Shown: positions 56,579-64,000 of the stretch, piece after piece | Layout: every line of letters begins with the position of its first letter | Position numbering within the stretch: position 1 is the stretch's first letter | NCBI RefSeq assembly: GCF_009914755.1 | Contig: NC_060948.1 | DNA: 64,000 nt | Strand: one strand, 5' to 3' | From: the human T2T-CHM13v2.0 reference genome, Homo sapiens | Notes under the pieces: model-generated | What the model was told of the DNA's origin: nothing | The model's input: only the letters and a program-made list of their open reading frames with translations | Databases searched by the model: none | Position numbers and translations under genes: made by a program

Positions 56579-59500
56579 ATGGAATCGAACCACAAGGAAT
56601 GGACAGGAATAGAATGGTCTCGAATTGAATGGAATCGTATGGAATGGCATCAAACGGAATGGAATGGACAGCCACGGAATGGAATGCACTCGAATGCAAT
56701 GGAGTCGAAACTAATGGACTGGAATAGAATGGACTCGACTGGTACGGACTCCAATGGAATGGAATCGAATGGAAGGGAATCGAACGGAAGGGAATCGAAC
56801 GGAATGGACTCGAAGGGAAAAGACTGCAATGGAAAGGTCTCGAATGGAATGGAAATTAATGGAATGGAATGGAATCGAATGAAATGGAGTCAAAAGGAAT
56901 GGAATCGAATGGCAAGAAATCGAATGTAATGGAATCGCCAGGAATTGATGTGAACGGAACGGAATGGAATGGAATCCAAAGGAATGGAATAGAATGGAAT
57001 GGAATCGAATGGAAAGGACTCGAATGGAAATCACTCGAATAGAATGCAATTTAATAAAATAGGATCAAATGTAATGGAATGGAATGGAAAGGAATCGAAA
57101 GAAAGGAATGGAGACAGATGGAATGGAATGGAACAGAGAACAATGGTATAGAATGGAATGGAATCATCTGGAATGGAATTGAATGGAATGGAATAATATG
57201 AAATGGAATGGAATGGAATGGAATGGAATGCCCTTGAATTAAATGGACTGGAATGGAATGGACTCAAACAGAGTGGAATGGAAAGTGTGGAGATAGAATG
57301 GAATGAACTCCTTTGGAATGGTGTAGTATGCAATGCAATCGACTGGCAGGGAATCAAAAGGAATGTAATCGAATGGATTGGACTGGAATGCAATGGACTC
57401 GAATAGATTGGAAACGGAATGCAAAGGAATGGAATGGAATAGTATGGAATGCAATGGAAGGGAATGGAGTGGAATAGACTAGAGTGGAATGGAATGGACT
57501 GGAAAGCAATGGACTGGAATGGAACTTTCTTGGATGGACTGGAATCAAACGGAATGGAATGCAATGCAATCAAATGGCATGGAATAAAATAGAATGAAAG
57601 AGAATCAAATGGAATTGAATCGAATGGAATCGAATGGATTGGAAAGGAATAGAATGGAATGGAATGGAATTGACTCAAATGGAATGGACTAGAATGGAAT
57701 GGATTCGAATGGAAGGCAAAGGAATGGAATCTATTGGAATGGACTGTAATGGAATGGAATGGAAGGGATTGGAATGGACTCGAATGGAATGGACTGCAAT
57801 AGAAAGGATTCGAATGGAATGAAAAAGAATTGAATGGAATAGAACAGAATGGAATCAAATCGAATGAAATGGAATGGAATAGAAAGGAATGGAATGAAAT
57901 GGAATGGAAAGGATTCGAATGGAATGCAATCGAATGGAATGGAATCGAACGGAATGGAATAAAATGGAAGAAAACTGGCAAGAAATGGAATCGAAATGAA
58001 TGGAGTGTTATGGAACGGACTCAAAAGGAATTGAATGTAATAGAATGGAGTGGAGTGGACTCGAATATAATGGACTGGAATGGAATGAAATCACATGGAA
58101 TGGGAACGAATGGAATGGAATGGAAAGGAATGGAATCGAATGGAAAGGAATCGAATGGAAGGGAATGAAATTGAATCAACAGGAATGGAAGGGAATAGAA
58201 TAGACGGTAATGGAATGGACTCGAATAGAATGGACACGAATGCTCAAATTAAATGGACTCGAATGGAATGGAAACGAAAGGAATGTCATCGAATGGAATT
58301 GAATCGATTGGAATGAAATCGCATAGAATGGAGTGGAATCAAATGGAATTGAATCGAAAGGAAAGGAAGCGAATGGACTGAAATGAAATGGAATGGAATT
58401 GAATGGAAAGTAATGCAATGGAATAGAATGGAACGAAATTTCACGGAATGGAATCAAACTGAATGGAATCAAATCAATGGAATCAAATCAAATGGAATGG
58501 AAAGGAATTGAATGGAGTAGATGGGATTGGATGGGATTGGAATGAAATGTACTGGAAAGGACTCGAATTTCATGAAACAGAATGGAATGAATTGGAACGG
58601 AATGGACTCGAATGGAATGGAATGTCATGGGATGGCATCAAATGGAATGACATCAAATGGAATGGAATCGAATGCAATGGAATGCTATGGAATGGAATGG
58701 AATGCATTGGAATGGAATGTCCTCTAATGGAATGGATTCGAGTGGAATGGAATCGAATATAATGGAGTCGAATGAAATGGAATTGAAAGGAATGGGATCG
58801 AATACAATGGAATATACTGGAATGTAACGTAATGAACTCGAATGTAATTGACTGGAATGGAATGTACATGAATGGAATGTAATCGAATGGAAAGTAATCG
58901 AATGGAATAGAATCTAATGCAATAAAATCGACTCAGATAGAGTAGAATGTAATGGAATGGAGTGCAGTGCAATGGAATGGAATGGAATGGAATGCAATGG
59001 AATGGAATGGAATGGAATGGAATGGAATGGGATGGAATGGTATGGAATGGATAGTAATGGACTGGAGTGAAATGGACTGGAAAGGAATGGACTCAAATTG
59101 AAAGGGCTCGAAAGGAATGGAGTCAAATGGAATGGTCTGGAATGGAATGAACACGAATGTAATGCAACCCAATAGAATGGAATCGAATGGCATGGAATAT
59201 AAAGAAATGGAATCGAAGAGAATGGAAACAAATGGAATGGAATTGAATGGAATGGAATTGAATGGAATGGGAACGAATGGAGTGAAATTGTATGCAGTAG
59301 AAGAGAATAGAATGGAATGCAAGCGAAAGGAAAGGAATGGATTGGAATGGAATGGAATTCATTGGAATGGAAGGGAATGTAGTGTAATGGACAGGCCTGG
59401 AATAAAGTGGAATGCTACGGTCTCGAATGGAATAAAAATGTATGGAATGGAATGCAATGAAACGGAATCGAATGTCATAGAATGTAATGGAATGCAAAAA

Positions 59501-60131
59501 AATGGAATCCAAAATCATTGACTGGAAAGGCTGGGTGTCAAAAGGAATTGACTCCAATGGAATGGAATCGAATGAAATGGAAGTGAATAGAATCGAACTA
59601 AATCGAATGGAATGGAATTGATAGGAACGGAATGGAAAGGAATGCAATGATTTGGCATGGAATGGAATCGAATGGCATCGAATGGAATGGAATGGAATGC
59701 AATGGAATGGAATGTATTAGAATGTAATGAACTTTAATGGAATGTACTCGAATGGATTCGACTGGAATGGAATGTTCTGGAAGTGAATGGACTCCAATGG
59801 AATGGATTCCAAAGGAATGGAATCGTACGGAATGGAATCTAATGGAATGGAATTAAATGGAAATGAATCAAATTGAATAGCACGGAATTGAATTGAATGG
59901 AATGGAATGCAATGGAATCTAATGAAACGGAAAGGAAAGGAATGGAATGGAATGGAATGGGCTGGAATGGAAAGGAATCGAAACGAATGGAATGGAATCG
60001 AAGTGAAGAGACTGCAATGGAATGCACTGGAATGGAAAGTTCTCGAAAAAAATGGAATCGAATGGAATGGAATTGAATGGAACGGAATAGTGTCGAATGG
60101 AATTGAATGGAATGGAATGGACTAGAGTGAA
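56579..60131 (+). repeat. Monomer 17 (3553 bp), 'B' type
   Basis: Landmark spacing; ATCGAAAGAAAGG, GAGAACAAT and AATGACATC markers. Confidence 0.9.
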
Positions 60132-62750
60132 ATGGAATCGAACCACAAGGAATGGACAGGAATAGAATGGTCTCGAATTGAATGGAATCGTATGGAATGG
60201 CATCAAACGGAATGGAATGGACAGCCACGGAATGGAATGCACTCGAATGCAATGGAGTCGAAACTAATGGACTGGAATAGAATGGACTCGACTGGTACGG
60301 ACTCCAATGGAATGGAATCGAATGGAAGGGAATCGAACGGAAGGGAATCGAACGGAATGGACTCGAAGGGAAAAGACTGCAATGGAAAGGTCTCGAATGG
60401 AATGGAAATTAATGGAATGGAATGGAATCGAATGAAATGGAGTCAAAAGGAATGGAATCGAATGGCAAGAAATCGAATGTAATGGAATCGCCAGGAATTG
60501 ATGTGAACGGAACGGAATGGAATGGAATCCAAAGGAATGGAATAGAATGGAATGGAATCGAATGGAAAGGACTCGAATGGAAATCACTCGAATAGAATGC
60601 AATTTAATAAAATAGGATCAAATGTAATGGAATGGAATGGAAAGGAATCGAAACGAAAGGAATGGAGACAGATGGAATGGAATGGAACAGAGAGCAATGG
60701 TATAGAATGGAATGGAATCATCTGGAATGGAATTGAATGGAATGGAATAATATGAAATGGAATGGAATGGAATGGAATGGAATGCCCTTGAATTAAATGG
60801 ACTGGAATGGAATGGACTCAAACAGAGTGGAATGGAAAGTGTGGAGATAGAATGGAATGAACTCCTTTGGAATGGTGTAGTTTGCAATGCAATCGACTGG
60901 CAGGGAATCAAAAGGAATGTAATCGAATGGATTGGACTGGAATGCAATGGACTCGAATAGATTGGAAACGGAATGCAAAGGAATGGAATGGAATAGTATG
61001 GAATGCAATGGAAGGGAATGGAGTGGAATAGACTAGAGTGGAATGGAATGGACTGGAAAGCAATGGACTGGAATGGAACTTTCTTGGATGGACTGGAATC
61101 AAACGGAATGGAATGCAATGCAATCAAATGGCATGGAATAAAATAGAATGAAAGAGAATCAAATGGAATTGAATCGAATGGAATCGAATGGATTGGAAAG
61201 GAATAGAATGGAATGGAATGGAATTGACTCAAATGGAATGGACTAGAATGGAATGGATTCGAATGGAAGGCAAAGGAATGGAATCTATTGGAATGGACTG
61301 TAATGGAATGGAATGGAAGGGATTGGAATGGACTCGAATGGAATGGACTGCAATAGAAAGGATTCGAATGGAATGAAAAAGAATTGAATGGAATAGAACA
61401 GAATGGAATCAAATCGAATGAAATGGAATGGAATAGAAAGGAATGGAATGAAATGGAATGGAAAGGATTCGAATGGAATGCAATCGAATGGAATGGAATC
61501 GAACGGAATGGAATAAAATGGAAGAAAACTGGCAAGAAATGGAATCGAAATGAATGGAGTGTTATGGAACGGACTCAAAAGGAATTGAATGTAACAGAAT
61601 GGAGTGGAGTGGACTCGAATATAATGGACTGGAATGGAATGAAATCACATGGAATGGGAACGAATGGAATGGAATGGAAAGGAATGGAATCGAATGGAAA
61701 GGAATCGAATGGAAGGGAATGAAATTGAATCAACAGGAATGGAAGGGAATAGAATAGACTGTAATGGAATGGACTCGAATAGAATGGACACGAATGCTCA
61801 AATTAAATGGACTCGAATGGAATGGAAACGAAAGGAATGTCATCGAATGGAATTGAATCGATTGGAATGAAATCGCATAGAATGGAGTGGAATCAAATGG
61901 AATTGAATCGAAAGGAAAGGAAGCGAATGGACTGAAATGAAATGGAATGGAATTGAATGGAAAGTAATGCAATGGAATAGAATGGAACGAAATTTCACGG
62001 AATGGAATCAAACTGAATGGAATCAAATCAATGGAATCAAATCAAATGGAATGGAAAGGAATTGAATGGAGTAGATGGGATTGGATGGGATTGGAATGAA
62101 ATGTACTGGAAAGGACTCGAATTTCATGAAACGGAATGGAATGAATTGGAACGGAATGGACTCGAATGGAATGGAATGTCATGGGATGGCATCAAATGTA
62201 ATGGCATCAAATGGAATGGAATCGAATGCAATGGAATGCTATGGAATGGAATGGAATGCATTGGAATGGAATGTCCTCTAATGGAATGGATTCGAGTGGA
62301 ATGGAATCGAATATAATGGAGTCGAATGAAATGGAATTGAAAGCAATGGGATCGAATACAATGGAATATACTGGAATGTAACGTAATGAACTCGAATGTA
62401 ATTGACTGGAATGGAATGTACATGAATGGAATGTAATCGAATGGAAAGTAATCGAATGGAATAGAATCTAATGCAATAAAATCGACTCAGATAGAGTAGA
62501 ATGTAATGGAATGGAGTGCAGTGCAATGGAATGGAATGGAATGGAATGCAATGGAATGGAATGGGCTGGAATGGAAAGGAATCGAAACGAATGGAATGGA
62601 ATCGAACTGAAGAGACTGGAATGGAATGCACTGGAATGGAAGGGAGTGTAATGGAAGGTTCTCGAAAAAAATGGAATCGAATGGAATGGAATTGAATGGA
62701 ACGGAATAGAGTCGAATGGAATTGAATGGAATGGAATGGACTAGAGTGAA
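60132..62750 (+). repeat. Monomer 18 (2619 bp), with ~960-975 bp internal deletion
   Basis: Spacing 60132 to 62751; GCAGTGCAAT landmark joined almost directly to GGGCTGG at ~62563; no AGGCCT or GAATTC in this monomer. Confidence 0.9.
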
Positions 62751-64000
62751 ATGGAATCGAACCACAAGGAATGGACAGGAATAGAATGGTCTCGAATTGA
62801 ATGGAATCGTATGGAATGGCATCAAACGGAATGGAATGGACAGCCACGGAATGGAATGCACTCGAATGCAATGGAGTCGATACTAATGGACTGGAATAGA
62901 ATGGACTCGACTGGTACGGACTCCAATGGAATGGAATCGAATGGAAGGGAATCGAACGGAAGGGAATCGAACGGAATGGACTCGAAGGGAAAAGACTGCA
63001 ATGGAAAGGTCTCGAATGGAATGGAAATTAATGGAATGGAATGGAATCGAATGAAATGGAGTCAAAAGGAATCGAATCGAATGGCAAGAAATCGAATGTA
63101 ATGGAATCGCCAGGAATTGATGTGAACGGAACGGAATGGAATGGAATCCAAAGGAATGGAATAGAATGGAATGGAATCGAATGGAAAGGACTCGAATGGA
63201 AATCACTCGAATAGAATGCAATTTAATAAAATAGGATCAAATGTAATGGAATGGAATGGAAAGGAATCGAAACGAAAGGAATGGAGACAGATGGAATGGA
63301 ATGGAACAGAGAGCAATGGTATAGAATGGAATGGAATCATCTGGAATGGAATTGAATGGAATGGAATAATATGAAATGGAATGGAATGGAATGGAATGGA
63401 ATGCCCTTGAATTAAATGGACTGGAATGGAATGGACTCAAACAGAGTGGAATGGAAAGTGTGGAGATAGAATGGAATGAACTCCTTTGGAATGGTGTAGT
63501 ATGCAATGCAATAGACTGGCAGGGAATCAAAAGGAATGTAATCGAATGGATTGGACTGGAATGCAATGGACTCGAATAGATTGGAAACGGAATGCAAAGG
63601 AATGGAATGGAATAGTATGGAATGCAATGGAAGGGAATGGAGTGGAATAGACTAGAGTGGAATGGAATGGACTGGAAAGCAATGGACTGGAATGGAACTT
63701 TCTTGAATGGACTGGAATCAAACGGAATGGAATGCAATGCAATCAAATGGCATGGAATAAAATAGAATGAAAGAGAATCAAATGGAATTGAATCGAATGG
63801 AATCGAATGGATTGGAAAGGAATAGAATGGAATGGAATGGAATTGACTCAAATGGAATGGACTAGAATGGAATGGATTCGAATGGAAGGCAAAGGAATGG
63901 AATCTATTGGAATGGACTGTAATGGAATGCAATGGAAGGGATTGGAATGGACTCGAATGGAATGGACTGCAATAGAAAGGATTCGAATGGAATGAAAAAG
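62751..64000 (+). repeat. Monomer 19 (partial, truncated by window end)
   Basis: Landmark at 62751, collinear with other monomers up to the window end. Confidence 0.9.

Larger units (their letters stand above)
1..64000 (+). repeat. DYZ1: Human satellite III array, DYZ1/HSat3A6-type (diverged GGAAT pentamers in a ~3.56 kb higher-order repeat), likely Yq12 heterochromatin
   Basis: Continuous GGAAT and variants (CGAAT, GGACT, TGAAT, GCAAT) across the window. Unique landmarks (CCACAAGG, GGACAGGCCTGG, GGCTGGGTGTCG, AAAACTGGCAAG) recur every ~3.52-3.58 kb. Normally one HaeIII/StuI site (e.g. 2827-2832, 5931-5936, 9475-9480) and one EcoRI site (GGAATTCATT) per monomer, as known for the ~3.56 kb DYZ1 unit. 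Confidence 0.95.

Noticed and set aside
57-63995. Hundreds of ORFs of 60-316 aa (MEWNG-rich on +, FHSIP-rich on -)
   Set aside because: They are direct translations of (GGAAT)n and (ATTCC)n, which contain no stop codons. They overlap in multiple frames, have no domain content and are freely frameshifted between monomers by 5- and 10-bp indels.
1-64000. CRISPR-like or other repeat-spacer array
   Set aside because: There are no unique spacers; every segment recurs at the monomer period, and no cas-like genes are present.
1-64000. Inversions, Alu/L1 insertions, DYZ2 blocks, alpha satellite or telomeric repeats
   Set aside because: None seen: the strand stays GGAAT-oriented throughout, with no (ATTCC)n run or foreign sequence.
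1-64000. HSat2 assignment
   Set aside because: HSat2 is dominated by CATTCGATTC-type units with its own characteristic periods. Here GGAAT runs dominate and the period is ~3.56 kb.

Overview
The whole 64 kb window is one uninterrupted, single-orientation array of (GGAAT)n-derived human satellite III, with GGAAT on the + strand. It is organised as ~3.56 kb higher-order monomers, each normally carrying one HaeIII/StuI site (AGGCCT) and one EcoRI site. Period and site pattern match DYZ1 (HSat3A6) of human Yq12 heterochromatin; this is recognition from family knowledge, not a database search. Using the landmark GAATCGAACCACAAGG, there are 18 complete monomers plus a partial one, starting at 57, 3581, 6685, 10228, 13787, 17350, 20898, 24472, 28045, 31629, 35208, 38787, 42365, 45904, 49467, 53016, 56579, 60132 and 62751. 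No genes, RNA genes, transposon insertions or CRISPR arrays are supported; all listed ORFs are pentamer-translation artefacts. I found no convincing new coding system. The points worth follow-up are: three perfect heat-shock elements per monomer, one of them polymorphic; two large in-register deletions (440 bp and ~960-975 bp, the latter with a 22-bp junction homology); a near-identical 3579-bp triplet; ~7.1 kb alternations of monomer types; a 35,680-bp long-range match; and strict conservation of the 5-bp register.
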